64,000 nt of DNA from an uncultured delta proteobacterium (GTDB lineage: Bacteria > Desulfobacterota > Binatia > Binatales > Binataceae): assembly GCA_963771325.1 (NCBI GenBank), contig CAVYTJ010000002.1:673074-737073 (forward strand). The letters are read 5' to 3'. The translations under genes were made by a program, and so were the position numbers. The stretch's first letter is position 1, and every line of letters begins with the position of its first letter. Below, in pieces: positions 25,024-35,465 of the stretch. The notes beneath the pieces are model-generated. The model searched no databases and was not told where the DNA came from. It saw only the letters and a list, made by a program, of their open reading frames with translations.

Positions 25024-26796
25024 GTGGAAACGTCTTCGCACGATGTTCTTCTGGTCGGCGGCGGCGGCGCCGCTTTGCGCGCCGCTATCGCCGTATCCGA
25101 AATCAATCCCAAGCTCAGCGTCGCGGTGGTCTCCAAGGTCTACCCGATGCGGAGCCACACCGTGTCCGCCGAAGGCGGCGCCGCCGGCGTAATCGCCGAG
25201 GACGACACCTTCGACGAGCACGCATACGACACCATCTCGGGCGGTGACTGGCTGAGCGACCAGGATTGCGTCGAGATCTTCGTGCACGAAGCTCCCAAAG
25301 AGCTGCTGCGGCTGGAGAACTGGGGCTGTCCGTGGAGCCGGCGCGACGACGGCAAAGTCGCGGTGCGCCCGTTCGGCGGGATGAAGAAGATGCGCACGTG
25401 GTTCGCCGCCGATAAGACCGGCTTCCATATGCTGCACACGCTCTTCCAGACCTCGCTGCGCTATCCGGTCACGCGTTACGACGAGACCTTCGTCACCAAG
25501 CTGATGGTCGAGGACGGCCGCGTCTGCGGCGTAGTCGCGATCGAGCTCAAGACCGGCAAGGTTCGCGTGATCACGGCCAAGGCGGTGATTATCTGCACCG
25601 GTGGATGCGGCCGCGTGTTCCCCTACACCACCAACGCCAACATCTGCACCGGTGACGGGATGGCGCTCGCCTACGAGGCCGGCGCGCCGCTCAAGGACAT
25701 GGAGATGGTGCAGTACCATCCGACCGGCCTGCCGTTTACCGGCATTCTGATAACCGAGGCCTCGCGCGCCGAGGGCGGATTGCTGGTCAACAAGGACGGC
25801 TACCGTTATCTGCAGGACTACAATCTGGGCACGCCGCAAAAGGAGCCCGTGCTGCGCACGATGGAACTCGGCCCGCGCGATCGCCTCTCGCAGGCCTTCG
25901 TCAAGGAGATGGAGAAGGGACGCACGGTCAAAGGCCCCTACGGCGACGTGGTCCATCTCGATCTGCGCCATCTGGGCGAGGCGAAAATCAACGCCAAGCT
26001 CCCGATGGTGCGCGAGCTGTGCGTCAAATACGAGAACATCGATCCCGTCCATGAGCTGATCCCGGTGCGTCCGGTGCAGCACTACATGATGGGCGGCGTC
26101 CATACCGACACCAGCGGCGCGACTCCGCTCAAGGGACTCTATGCCGCGGGCGAGGCCGCCTGCGTGAGCCTCAACGGCTCGAACCGGCTGGGCTCCAACT
26201 CGCTCGGCGAGCTGCTGGTATTCGGCGCCCGCGCCGGACGGGCCGCGGCCGAGTACGCGAGCCAGACCGCGATGCCGTCGGCGAACCCGGTGCTGGCGCT
26301 GGGCGCGGACGAGGAGCGGCGAATCGAAAGCGAGTACCTGCGCAAGACCCGCGGGACCGAGAAAATCTCGGCGCTGCGCGAAGCGATGCAGCATACGATG
26401 GAAGCCGGCGCGGGCATCTACCGCACGCGCGTCTCGCTGGCCGAGGCGGCGGACAAGATCGCCGAGATGCAGGAGCGCTACAAGGCGATCTCGATGGAAG
26501 ACCACAGCCTCGCCTTCAACACGCAACTGATCGCGGCGCTGGAGCTGGGCTTCCTGCTCGACGTCGCCGAAACCATCCTGCAATGCGGCCTGCAGCGCGA
26601 GGAATCGCGCGGCGCTCATCAGCGGATCGATTTTCCCGATCGCGACGACAAGAAGTTCCTCGCGCATTCGCTGGTGTCGAGGGGAGAAAACGGGCGGCCG
26701 GTGGTTTCCTATCTGCCGGTAACGATCACGCGCTGGCCGCCGGGCAAGCGGGTATACGGAGAGCAAGCGACCGATGGCGGACACGATAGTCATTGA
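25024..26796 (+). CDS. frdA: fumarate reductase / succinate dehydrogenase flavoprotein subunit
   Basis: FAD-binding [16 protein letters not shown] and the covalent-FAD His region [10 protein letters not shown], among others. GTG start. Confidence 0.9.
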   Translation: METSSHDVLLVGGGGAALRAAIAVSEINPKLSVAVVSKVYPMRSHTVSAEGGAAGVIAEDDTFDEHAYDTISGGDWLSDQDCVEIFVHEAPKELLRLENWGCPWSRRDDGKVAVRPFGGMKKMRTWFAADKTGFHMLHTLFQTSLRYPVTRYDETFVTKLMVEDGRVCGVVAIELKTGKVRVITAKAVIICTGGCGRVFPYTTNANICTGDGMALAYEAGAPLKDMEMVQYHPTGLPFTGILITEASRAEGGLLVNKDGYRYLQDYNLGTPQKEPVLRTMELGPRDRLSQAFVKEMEKGRTVKGPYGDVVHLDLRHLGEAKINAKLPMVRELCVKYENIDPVHELIPVRPVQHYMMGGVHTDTSGATPLKGLYAAGEAACVSLNGSNRLGSNSLGELLVFGARAGRAAAEYASQTAMPSANPVLALGADEERRIESEYLRKTRGTEKISALREAMQHTMEAGAGIYRTRVSLAEAADKIAEMQERYKAISMEDHSLAFNTQLIAALELGFLLDVAETILQCGLQREESRGAHQRIDFPDRDDKKFLAHSLVSRGENGRPVVSYLPVTITRWPPGKRVYGEQATDGGHDSH

Positions 26797-27514
26797 GGTG
26801 GCGCGGTACTCGCCCGAGACCGACGCCGAACCGCACTTTCAGAGGTACGTGGTTCCGCTGCGCGGGGACTGGATGGTCCTCGACGCGCTGAACTATATCA
26901 AGGACCGGCTCGACGGCTCGCTCACCTACCGCTGGTCGTGCCGGATGGGCATCTGCGGAAGCTGCGGGATGGTGGTCAACGGCTACGAGCGGCTGACCTG
27001 CGAAACTTTGCTCGCGCAGTTCGCGCCGGGACCGGTGCGAGTCGAGCCGCTGCGCCATTTCCCAGTGGCGCGCGACCTCGTGATCGACATGACCGACTTT
27101 CTCGAGAAGCTGACCCGGGTCAAGCCGTGGATCGTGCGCAAGGACAAGACGCCGCCGGCGCGCGAATATATCCAGACTCCCGAGCAGCTCGCGACCTTCA
27201 AGCAATACAGCAACTGCATCAACTGCATGCTGTGCTATTCCGCGTGCCCGGTTTATGGAATCGATCCGCATTTCGTCGGACCGGCCGCGCTCGCGCTGGC
27301 CGAACGTTACAACCTCGACTCGCGCGACCAGGGCGCCAGCGAACGGCTCGACATCCTCTCGCAACACGACGGCATCTGGGACTGCACGGTGATCGGCGAA
27401 TGCTCGGTGGTCTGCCCCAAGGAAGTCGATCCGTCGCTGGCGATCCAGGAATTCAAGCTCACCGCCACCAAGGAATGGTACAAATCGTTCCTGATGCCGT
27501 GGGGAGGCAAGTGA
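26774..27514 (+). CDS. frdB: fumarate reductase iron-sulfur subunit
   Basis: 2Fe-2[16 protein letters not shown] and 4Fe-4S/3Fe-4[13 protein letters not shown]...[12 protein letters not shown] cysteine clusters. Confidence 0.9.
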   Translation: MADTIVIEVARYSPETDAEPHFQRYVVPLRGDWMVLDALNYIKDRLDGSLTYRWSCRMGICGSCGMVVNGYERLTCETLLAQFAPGPVRVEPLRHFPVARDLVIDMTDFLEKLTRVKPWIVRKDKTPPAREYIQTPEQLATFKQYSNCINCMLCYSACPVYGIDPHFVGPAALALAERYNLDSRDQGASERLDILSQHDGIWDCTVIGECSVVCPKEVDPSLAIQEFKLTATKEWYKSFLMPWGGK

Positions 27515-27518
27515 CCCG

Positions 27519-27926
27519 ATGGCCTCGTTTCCGCAATTTCAGCCCCGCGAGTATCGCCGCTCGTTTTCCAACTGGTGGTGGCTCGGACGGCGCAACTACC
27601 TGATCTTCATCCTGCGCGAGTTTTCCAGCGTCTTCGTCGCCTACTTCCTGGTCGTGACGCTGAAGCAGGTCTGCGCGCTCGCGCGCGGCCCCGAAGCGTA
27701 CGCGGCGTTCCAGGCGCACATGCGGCATCCGCTGATGATCCTGCTCAACATCATCGCGCTCGCCTTCCTGGTGCTGCACACCATCACCTGGTCCAAGCTG
27801 GTGCCCAAGGCGTTCTATCCGCGCAGCCACGGCCATCCGCTCCCAGAGATGACGACGGCGCTGCCGAGCTACATCCTGTGGGCTATCGCCACGATAGTGG
27901 TGGCGGCCTTTATCCTGGGGGCCTGA
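27519..27926 (+). CDS. frdC: fumarate reductase membrane anchor subunit C (E. coli type)
   Basis: NWWWLGRRNYLIFILREFSSVFVAYF... aligns by eye to E. coli FrdC ([24 protein letters not shown]). Confidence 0.75.
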   Translation: MASFPQFQPREYRRSFSNWWWLGRRNYLIFILREFSSVFVAYFLVVTLKQVCALARGPEAYAAFQAHMRHPLMILLNIIALAFLVLHTITWSKLVPKAFYPRSHGHPLPEMTTALPSYILWAIATIVVAAFILGA

Positions 27927-27927
27927 G

Positions 27928-28278
27928 ATGAGCAAGCGCGCCAACGAACCCGCGGTATGGTTCCTGTTCGGCACCGGCGGCTTCATCGCGGGCTACCTGC
28001 TGCCGGTACAGATCCTGTTCTTCGGCATCCTGTTCCCGCTCGGGATCTTCACCGACCCGGGTTACGAGGCGACGCGTCGCCTGTTCGAGCATCCGCTCGC
28101 GCGCCTATACCTGGTGGTGCTGTGCTTTTTCGGATTCTTCCACGCCGCGCATCGGCTACGCCTGACGCTGGTCGATTTTCTGCGGATCAAGCATCTGGAG
28201 AGCGCGCTCGGCCTGGTGCTGTATACGTTGGCGCTGATCGGCACGCTGTACGCGATCCACCTGGCGAGGGTCGTTTAA
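27928..28278 (+). CDS. frdD: fumarate reductase membrane anchor subunit D
   Basis: MSKRANEPAVWFLFGTGGFIAGYLLPVQILFFGILFPLGIF resembles E. coli FrdD ([38 protein letters not shown]). Confidence 0.75.
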   Translation: MSKRANEPAVWFLFGTGGFIAGYLLPVQILFFGILFPLGIFTDPGYEATRRLFEHPLARLYLVVLCFFGFFHAAHRLRLTLVDFLRIKHLESALGLVLYTLALIGTLYAIHLARVV

Positions 28279-28302
28279 GCGCGCCGCATCACGGCGCACG
28301 GC

Positions 28303-29541
28303 TCACACGCTGCTAAGCGCGCGTGTGAAGTCGTCCAGCAGATCGCGCCAGTGCTCGGTCCCCATCGAGATCCGCACCAGGTCGTCAGTGATCCCGGCCA
28401 ACGCCAATTCCGCCGGACTGAGCTCGCTATGCGTCGTTGTTTTCGGATGACAAGCGAGAGTCTCCACGCCCCCTAAACTGACGGCGTTCTTTCCGATAGT
28501 CAGATTGCGGAGAAACTCGAACGCTCCCCTCTTTCCACCTTCGAGTTCGAGCGACAGCAGCGAGCCTGGATAGTCAGTCTGGTTGTCTCGAATCCTGATC
28601 TGTTCGGCGTCCTTGAACAGCGATGGATACAAAACCCGCCTCACCCGCGGATGATCGGCCAGATGTTCAGCGATTCTCTGCGCGTTCTTGCTCTGCCGAT
28701 TCATCCGCAAGGCCACCGTCGAGAGACGCGAGTTGAGCATCCAGCATTCATCGGGCTGAAGGATGTTGCCGAGCATCGCGCGCAGGCCGCGAAGACTCTG
28801 GACCAGGTCCGGCTCAGCCGCCGCCACCACGCCCGCGAGCAGATCGCTGAATCCGCCAAGGAACTTCGTTGCCGAATAAATGACCAGGTCCGCGCCGTGA
28901 TCGATTGGATGCTGAAACGTCGGCCCGAGAAGCGTGTTGTCCACCGCGAGTAGCGGACGCCTGGGATGCCGCCGGACGGCGGAAGCCGCGGCGCCAATAT
29001 CGGTCATGGTGAGCGTCGGATTGGAGGGCGTCTCGATCAAGACGAGCTTGACATTGTCGGTGTTCGCAATCGCATCGGTAAGTGCCCGCGTGTCGCCTGC
29101 GACCACGGACTGCGCCGTGAATCCCAGCGGCTCGATAACCTGGTGAATCAGGTGCTGCGTCCCACCATAAAGAGGCTGGGTATAAATCAGCGAGCTGCCA
29201 CGTTCGAGATAGCCAAGCAGGACCGTGAAGATCGCCGCCATCCCTGAATTGAACACCGCTGCCGCGACGGCGCCGTGTTCCAGCGGCACGAACTGGTCCT
29301 CCAGAATTTCGGCATTGGGATGGTTCAGTCGGGCATAGATCAGGTCCGGACTCTCTTCGGCGGTCGGCTGGGCTCGCCCAAGCACGATATCGAAGGAGCG
29401 CTCCGCGGCCTCGGGGCTCGAGAAGACGTAGGTCGAGCTGCGATAGACTGGAGGTCTGGCCGATCCAACCGACAACTGCGGATCGAATCCCTTGGTCAGG
29501 ACCGCTGTTTCCGGCCTCACCCGGTAGGAAATCTTTCCCAT
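28303..29541 (-). CDS. PLP-dependent trans-sulfuration family enzyme (cystathionine gamma-synthase / beta-lyase / methionine gamma-lyase fold)
   Basis: PLP-lysine motif YSATKFLGGFSD and overall Cys_Met_Meta_PP layout. ATG at 29541 with a GGAGGA RBS. Confidence 0.8.
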   Translation of the reverse strand: MGKISYRVRPETAVLTKGFDPQLSVGSARPPVYRSSTYVFSSPEAAERSFDIVLGRAQPTAEESPDLIYARLNHPNAEILEDQFVPLEHGAVAAAVFNSGMAAIFTVLLGYLERGSSLIYTQPLYGGTQHLIHQVIEPLGFTAQSVVAGDTRALTDAIANTDNVKLVLIETPSNPTLTMTDIGAAASAVRRHPRRPLLAVDNTLLGPTFQHPIDHGADLVIYSATKFLGGFSDLLAGVVAAAEPDLVQSLRGLRAMLGNILQPDECWMLNSRLSTVALRMNRQSKNAQRIAEHLADHPRVRRVLYPSLFKDAEQIRIRDNQTDYPGSLLSLELEGGKRGAFEFLRNLTIGKNAVSLGGVETLACHPKTTTHSELSPAELALAGITDDLVRISMGTEHWRDLLDDFTRALSSV

Positions 29542-29628
29542 AACGCGTCCTCCTTCTAAGATCACTGTACTCCGGTGGACGCCTTCAGGCCTCTGATGTG
29601 ACGGCAAAAATAGCCGGCGTATGCGGCG

Positions 29629-30471
29629 TCAACGGCCCTTGGTATCGGGCACGCCGATGCCCGCGAGAAAATCGGTGCGCGCCTTCATCGCGTCTTCGGC
29701 CACAGCTTTGTTGTAGGCGTTCATAGTTATGCGCGCGTCCTCGGTACACATCACGTCGCGCATCTCGGCGCGTTCGATATAAAGTCCCTCGGCCAGCGGC
29801 AGATCGGCGCCCAGGTAGACCGCGCGCTTGATCGCGCCGACCGCGCGCGGCGACCGCTTGGCCAGCGTCCGCGCCCATCCCATCGCGAACGCCATCAGCG
29901 TGTCCGGCGCGAGCACCCGATTGACCATCCCCATCCGCTCGGCGTCGCGCGGCGAATAGACGTTGCCGAACAGCATCACCTCGAGCGCTTTCCCCCGCCC
30001 GATGAGGCGCGGCAGGCGCTGCGTTCCGCTGCCGCCCGGCAGGATCCCCAGCACCGCCTCGGGCAGGCCGATTTGATACGGTCCGTCGGCCGCCAGGCGA
30101 AAGTCGCACGCCAGCGAAAGCTCATAGCCGCCGCCCATGCAGTCGCCGTTGATCGCCGCGATCACCGCCTTGGGCATCAGCATGATCCGGTCGAGCATCC
30201 GATGGTACCCGAGCTCCATCTCGGGAAAGACGCGGGCGCACTCGGCCGGATCGGCGGCCATCTGCGCCAGCTCGTCGACGCTGTAGTGCGTGATGAACTT
30301 GCCGTCGATTCCGCCGGTCAGGATGATGGCGCGGAGCTCGGCGTCGGCCTCGGCCTTGCCGATAAGCTCCAGCAGCTCGCCGGCGCCCGGACCGACAAAG
30401 TAATTCATCGGCGGATTGCGATAGGTCCAAACTTCGACGTGATCGTGGCGCTCGACGGTCCAGTGTTTCAT
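29629..30471 (-). CDS. enoyl-CoA hydratase/isomerase (crotonase) family protein
   Basis: Crotonase fold motifs: AIILTGGIDGKFITHYSVDEL, AAINGDCMGGGYELSLACDFRLA, GILPGGSGTQRLPRLIG. Confidence 0.85.
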   Translation of the reverse strand: MKHWTVERHDHVEVWTYRNPPMNYFVGPGAGELLELIGKAEADAELRAIILTGGIDGKFITHYSVDELAQMAADPAECARVFPEMELGYHRMLDRIMLMPKAVIAAINGDCMGGGYELSLACDFRLAADGPYQIGLPEAVLGILPGGSGTQRLPRLIGRGKALEVMLFGNVYSPRDAERMGMVNRVLAPDTLMAFAMGWARTLAKRSPRAVGAIKRAVYLGADLPLAEGLYIERAEMRDVMCTEDARITMNAYNKAVAEDAMKARTDFLAGIGVPDTKGR

Positions 30472-30590
30472 GGCTAACCTCCGTGCCGCTGGCGTAGCTC
30501 GCGCGCGCTTCGGCTGTCAAGGCGAATGGGAGTAGAGTGAGTGCATCGTCCAGGCTCCGACCGAGCGAAAGGCCCACGACGAGGGAAATC

Positions 30591-30851
30591 ATGAAAGTTG
30601 ATATCGACCTCAAGGCCGGCTTCCTGCAGAACCTCAAGCGCGAGGTGCTGGCGCAGCTCACGCCCGAGGAGCGCGCGGTGATCGAGGTTTCGACCGGCGA
30701 GATGGGCAACAAGCCCGACGCGGTCAAGCTCGGATGGCTCAAGATGCGCACCAAGGAGAGCTGGACCAAGCAGCGCTACACGCGCGCGCTCGACCGCGTG
30801 ATGACGCGGCTTAAGGAACTGGTCGCGGCGGAATCGGCGAAGAAGGAATAG
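30591..30851 (+). CDS. small hypothetical protein (87 aa, charged and helical)
   Basis: ATG 30591 preceded by GAGGGA. MKVDIDLKAGFLQNLKREVLAQLTPEERAVIEV... Confidence 0.4.
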   Translation: MKVDIDLKAGFLQNLKREVLAQLTPEERAVIEVSTGEMGNKPDAVKLGWLKMRTKESWTKQRYTRALDRVMTRLKELVAAESAKKE

Positions 30852-30867
30852 CGCGCTGGAAATCAAA

Positions 30868-30892
30868 AGGGCCGTTTCCCGAACGGTCCCTA
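30868..30892. repeat. REP-like palindrome gggccgtttcccgaacggtcccTAC (same family as 23848-23920)
   Basis: Shares the GGGCCGTT..GAACGG.CCCTAC core with the palindromes at 23892-23920. Confidence 0.45.
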
Positions 30893-31274
30893 CGGATGGA
30901 TCCGGCGTGATCTACGGTTTCGATGGGCTCTCTGCTTGCGGGCGACGAATTGAAACGTCGACATTGTCCACTCTGGAGCGGGCAGGAACACACGATCTTC
31001 GCCAGTCAGTTTCAACCTCGTAGTTTCTTCAAATCTGCGTAATTGCCTCGCCCGGATCGTGTCCGCTGGTCTGCGCGAAATCTGAAACTTCCGCAGAACC
31101 CCAACGTACCAGCCCGTAGCCGTCACAAAACAGCGCAGCCAGCTGGCGAGGTCCAGCGGCGTCGCGATTTGTAGAGGCGTTGATCGGCGAGAATGGGGCA
31201 TGGGAAGATGAATCGAAATAACTCCGGAGAGTTGTTTGCCGACGATCGGCGTCACAGCCGAGCGCTCCTGATCA

Positions 31275-32126
31275 GTGCCCGCTGCTAGACGGTCAAGGCT
31301 CACCAGCGAATCGAACGGGAAGTCCCAGGTGGTAGTCATCGAGCGTAGATTGGCCCAGCTCTTTTCTTACAAGCTGGTCTTCTTTGCTAACGCAGACTCT
31401 CTGGATCGAATCGTCAAAAGACTGAAGCCGACCGAGATGGCGCGCCTCCTTCACACAAACAAGGGGCTTGATGGTTCGCGCTTTGTAGTTAAACGCGAGC
31501 GGACCTTCACCGTGTGCAATGACCTGCGCCAGCCGCTCGAGACGCTGTGGAAGAGCTTTGCTCCTTACAACCGTGCCGAAATCCGCAAGGCCGAGAGATT
31601 GGTCGAGCGCGTGCGAATCACGCGCAACGAACCAGCGGGCCTCGACGACTTTATTGCCGTGTACAATGATTTCGCGCGGCTTAAGGACGGCGTGTGGCCG
31701 ATTTCGGCGCGCCTTCTTAACCGTTACGATGGGTTCGCCGACCGACTTGTCCTGTACCTCGACGAACAACCGATGGTGGTGAATCTGGTGCTGCGCGATG
31801 CCGAAACCGGGCGCGTCAGAGGATTATACAATGCCAGCCGGCGCCTGCACGCTGACGAGCCGAAAAAGGCTCGGGTCCTGGGCAACTTGAACCGTTTGCT
31901 ACATTGGCACAACATGCGGCTCTACAAAAAAGAGGGCTTCGATACCTACGATTGGGGAGGGATCAGCGAGGATCGAAGCGATGGCAGGGCCAAATTCAAG
32001 ATGTCTTTCGGCGGAAATATCGCGGAGGAGTACACTTATCTCTGCGCAGGCTGGCCACGACTCGGACTCCTGGCGCAACGCCTGTTTGAGTTGGCGTCGG
32101 CACGCGGCCGCCGGGCGCGCCGCTGA
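31275..32126 (+). CDS. FemAB-like / Acetyltransf_6 (GNAT-fold) domain protein, possibly N-terminally truncated
   Basis: ...LYLDEQPMVVNLVLRD...LYNASRR...RLLHWHNMRLYKKEGFDTYDWGGI...KFKMSFGG resembles FemAB-family acyl/aminoacyl transferases. The ORF opens immediately after a stop and the upstream 400 bp has lower GC and no coding frame. Confidence 0.45.
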   Translation: MPAARRSRLTSESNGKSQVVVIERRLAQLFSYKLVFFANADSLDRIVKRLKPTEMARLLHTNKGLDGSRFVVKRERTFTVCNDLRQPLETLWKSFAPYNRAEIRKAERLVERVRITRNEPAGLDDFIAVYNDFARLKDGVWPISARLLNRYDGFADRLVLYLDEQPMVVNLVLRDAETGRVRGLYNASRRLHADEPKKARVLGNLNRLLHWHNMRLYKKEGFDTYDWGGISEDRSDGRAKFKMSFGGNIAEEYTYLCAGWPRLGLLAQRLFELASARGRRARR

Positions 32127-32253
32127 AGTCTTCGAGCGGCTGTCCGTCCGACAAGTCGCGAATTACAGTGAGAGGGATGGAACCTTCAGATGATCGGTTC
32201 ACCACCCGATTAGAATTTTTGGATAACCCGAAGCGGGACCTCATTTTCTCCAA

Positions 32254-32646
32254 CTACTCAGGCACCCGCGGCTGTTCCTCAGCCGTGTAGCACACGAACG
32301 TCCTGGTTTGCGGAAGGCCCGCATCATGCGCGGGGTAGCAGGCAAATCGCGCGTTCAGATCGCCCTCGTAGGAAGGCGCTTTCTGCTTGCCGGAAAATTT
32401 CCCCACAAAAGGCGCGACGTCCCGCTCAACGGTCACAGCGTTATTGGGCTGACCCGAACTCTGCTGCCGTTTTGAGCTCCCGCCGCCGCCCAAAAGCTGC
32501 CCCAGACCTCCAAGCCCCTGAGCAAAGGATTGACCAAGCCACGCGACCAGGAACAGCACGACGCCAATCGTTGCGACCGCGCCGGATTTCCTTAACTCTA
32601 TTGTTTGCCTTGCTCGCGATTTCCGAATCCTCCTCGCCCGTGCCAT
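32254..32646 (-). CDS. hypothetical small membrane protein (basic N-terminus, one TM helix, Gly-rich linker)
   Basis: MARARRIRKSRARQTIELRKSGAVATIGVVLFLVAWLGQSF...GGGGSS... No recognised family. Confidence 0.35.
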   Translation of the reverse strand: MARARRIRKSRARQTIELRKSGAVATIGVVLFLVAWLGQSFAQGLGGLGQLLGGGGSSKRQQSSGQPNNAVTVERDVAPFVGKFSGKQKAPSYEGDLNARFACYPAHDAGLPQTRTFVCYTAEEQPRVPE

Positions 32647-32775
32647 TAAGACGAAACTGACGGGGCGACGGTTACATTCATTCGGATAAAATTCATAGCT
32701 TCACGATTCCGTGAGAGGCCCACGCCGCTTCTGAGCCCCTCTCCCTGTGAAGGTGTCGATAAATGGGAGAAATCA

Positions 32776-32890
32776 ATCCATCGCTTCGCGGAGATCCTTC
32801 GCTGACGCTCAGGATGACTGCAAGGAGCTTTTGTTGTCATCCTGAACGAAGGCTGCCGGAATGAAGGATCAACGCGGAGCGATTGTTTTT
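32776..32890. repeat. copy B of the inverted-repeat extragenic element (arm X 32776-32818, 11-nt loop, arm Y 32830-32886); forms a long hairpin
   Basis: See 2978-3127. Here the arms are head-to-head (..caggatgac tgcaaggagct tttgttgtcatcctg..). Confidence 0.75.
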
Positions 32891-32902
32891 GTGCTTTTAG
32901 CG

Positions 32903-34091
32903 TTACGGCTCGATGCGAGCGACGCGGCGCTTGCCGACCTCGAGAATACGATGCTGGCCGGGGACGAAATGGAAATTGATGTCGCTGACAGTCTGGCGGT
33001 CGACGCGCACCGCGCCCTGCCCCACCAGCCGGCGCGCCTCGTTGGTCGAGGCGGCGAAGCCGAGCTGCTTTAGCAACTCGCAGATCCATAGCTCCTCGGC
33101 GATGCGATACACCGGCACGTCCTGCGGCACTTCGCGGCGCTGAAACTTGCTCTCGAAATACTCCCGCGCGTCGCTCGCGGCGTCGCTATCGTAATACTCG
33201 GCGACGATCTCGGTCGCGAGCCGCTTCTTGGATTCCATCGGATGCGATTTGCCGGAGCGGATCGCGGCGAGATCGGCGGGCGCGACGTCGGTCAGGAGCT
33301 CGAAATAACGCGGCATCATCCGATCCGGAATCGACATCAGCTTGCCGAACATGTCACGCGGCGCGTCGGTCAGCCCGACCGCGTTGCCGTAGGACTTCGA
33401 CATCTTGCGCACGCCGTCGAGTCCCTCCAGCAGCGGCATGGTCATGACGACCTGCGGCGGCTGGTTAAATGCGCGCTGCAGCTCGCGCGCGACCAGCATG
33501 TTGAATTTCTGATCGGTGCCGCCGAGTTCGACGTCGGCGCGCAGCGCGACCGAATCATAGCCCTGGACCAGCGGGATAGAGCAGCTCGTGCAGGAACAGC
33601 GGCTGCTGCTCGGCGAGGCGCTTCTCAAAGTCGTCGCGCTCGAGCATCCGCGCCACGCTCAGCTTGGCGGCGATCTCGATCAGGCCGCGAACGTCGAGCT
33701 TGTCCATCCATTCGCTGTTGAAGCGGACTTCGGTCAGCGCGGGATCGAGGATTTTCGAGACCTGGCGCTGGTAGGTTTCGGCGTTGGCGACGATCTGCTC
33801 GCGCGTGAGCGGCTTGCGCGTCTCGGAGCGCCCGGTCGGATCGCCGATCATCGCGGTGAAGTCGCCGACCAGGAAGATCACGGTATGGCCGCGGCGCTGG
33901 AAGTCGCGGAGCTTCTTGAGCGCTACGGAATGGCCCAGGTGCAAATCGGGCGCGGTCGGATCCATCCCGAGCTTGACCCGTAGCGGGCGCCCTTCGCGAA
34001 GCTTGGCCGCCAGCTCATCGCCCGAGATGACTTCGGAGGCGTTGCGCCCCAGCTCCTCGGCCTGCTCTTTCGCGTCGCTCTCTTCCAACAC
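32903..34091 (-). pseudogene. tyrS: tyrosyl-tRNA synthetase interrupted by a single-base frameshift at a GGG/CCC run near 33573-33575 (probable assembly indel)
   Basis: The N-terminal ORF (33555-34091) has HIGH motif [10 protein letters not shown] and ends ...[11 protein letters not shown]. The second ORF (32903-33628) continues ...[31 protein letters not shown] and an S4 domain. Removing one C from tatcccgctgg restores [13 protein letters not shown]. Confidence 0.85.
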
Positions 34092-34098
34092 CTTGCGC

Positions 34099-35412
34099 TC
34101 AGTGCATCAATTGCGTCAGGCCGGTGGGATTCTGGAACTTCGAGATGTTGTCATACTGCGGCGAGTAGCGGTCGGCCCACAAATCCTCGCCATTGGCGTC
34201 GGCGGTGAAGATGTGAGTGGCGTGCTGCTCCTGGAGGTTCCAGTACTGCTCGATGATTCCGCCGCCGAAGTACTGCGGCCCCCACTCCGGATGGAGCCGG
34301 TCCTCGCGCGTGCGCAGCCCGATATTCACCACCTTCCACAGTGCCATGCTCGAGTCGTACAGGTCCTCGTGCACGTTGGCGAAATAGGCCTGGGCGGTGT
34401 ACATGATGCGCTTGCCGTAGCAGTAGCCCGAGCGCATCGACTCGATCCGGCGCACGTCGGTCACCCACACCGGCACCACTTCCCATTTGCCCCACGACGG
34501 CTTCGCCCAGCCAAGCGGCAGATCGTAGTTGTCGGGAAACTTGCCCATCGCGGTGGTCATGTCGACCAGCGCGAGAATATTCTGTTCACGCAGGAACTGG
34601 CCCTCGAACACTGAAGCGCCGCCGTTCCATCCCACTCGCTGATCGTCGTGCGTTGCGTCGCTGTCGAACAGCGGCGCGCATCGCGCCGAGGTCGAAAGCC
34701 GCATCGCCTGGCGCAGCGCCGGGATGAAAACGTAGTCGTCGGGCAGCCGGGTCACGTCCTGCCAGTACAGTGTCAGATCGGCCGAGTACTTCGCTTCCTC
34801 GGGCACCTCGACCATCAGCCATTCGCCGTACCACGCTCCGGTCGAGCCGGGCTCGGTGTGCGAGATGCCGGGGAACCAGTTGTAGGCGAGCTGGCGATAA
34901 TTGTAATCGACGCGAGTGCAGGCCTTGCTGCCGAACTTGTCCATCGTGCAAAACGACGACGGGGTCCCCGAATCGGGCATGCCGACGTAGAGATGGCCGC
35001 CGGGACGAAAGGTGACGTCGGCCGCGATCTCGGTCCCCTTGTCGGGGCCCGACGGATGCGGAAACGGAACGCCGGAGACATAGTTTTCCAGCTTGTAGGC
35101 GCCGTTGGGCAACTTGAGAAAGCGGGTCTGCGCCGAGTACTTCTCCACCGCGTCCCAAAACGGCTTGGGCAGCGGATGGATCGCCGTCAGCCCCACGTCC
35201 ATTTCGACGTCAGGCGGCATCTTCCAATCGACGCTGCCGTCGAATAGCGCGATCATCCCGTCGGGCATGAAGGCCTTGTACTGCTGCCAGTTCTTCATGG
35301 TGATTTTGGTGCCGGGCGGGATGGTGTTCTCCACCGCCCCGGCCATCGCCACACTGAGAAAGCAGAGTGCGAGGCCGATGATTCCAGGCAACAGCTTCCG
35401 AATGCCGTTCAT
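34099..35412 (-). CDS. secreted hypothetical protein (signal peptide; DUF1329-like size and composition)
   Basis: Own ATG at 35412 with a GGAGGG RBS 8 nt upstream. [26 protein letters not shown]... signal peptide. The ORF track fuses it with ctaB only because no stop intervenes in that frame. Confidence 0.6.
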   Translation of the reverse strand: MNGIRKLLPGIIGLALCFLSVAMAGAVENTIPPGTKITMKNWQQYKAFMPDGMIALFDGSVDWKMPPDVEMDVGLTAIHPLPKPFWDAVEKYSAQTRFLKLPNGAYKLENYVSGVPFPHPSGPDKGTEIAADVTFRPGGHLYVGMPDSGTPSSFCTMDKFGSKACTRVDYNYRQLAYNWFPGISHTEPGSTGAWYGEWLMVEVPEEAKYSADLTLYWQDVTRLPDDYVFIPALRQAMRLSTSARCAPLFDSDATHDDQRVGWNGGASVFEGQFLREQNILALVDMTTAMGKFPDNYDLPLGWAKPSWGKWEVVPVWVTDVRRIESMRSGYCYGKRIMYTAQAYFANVHEDLYDSSMALWKVVNIGLRTREDRLHPEWGPQYFGGGIIEQYWNLQEQHATHIFTADANGEDLWADRYSPQYDNISKFQNPTGLTQLMH

Positions 35413-35465
35413 CTCGAGGTCCCTCCCTGTTCCAAATCGAGGAAACTCACGCTCCCGGTGTGCGA

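Noticed and set aside
24820-26793. 657-aa minus-strand ORF
   Set aside because: Antisense to frdA, which has unambiguous flavoprotein motifs.
30890-31339. 149-aa minus-strand ORF in the low-GC patch
   Set aside because: Arg-rich tail and no motifs. It overlaps the FemAB-like gene start and is probably non-coding.
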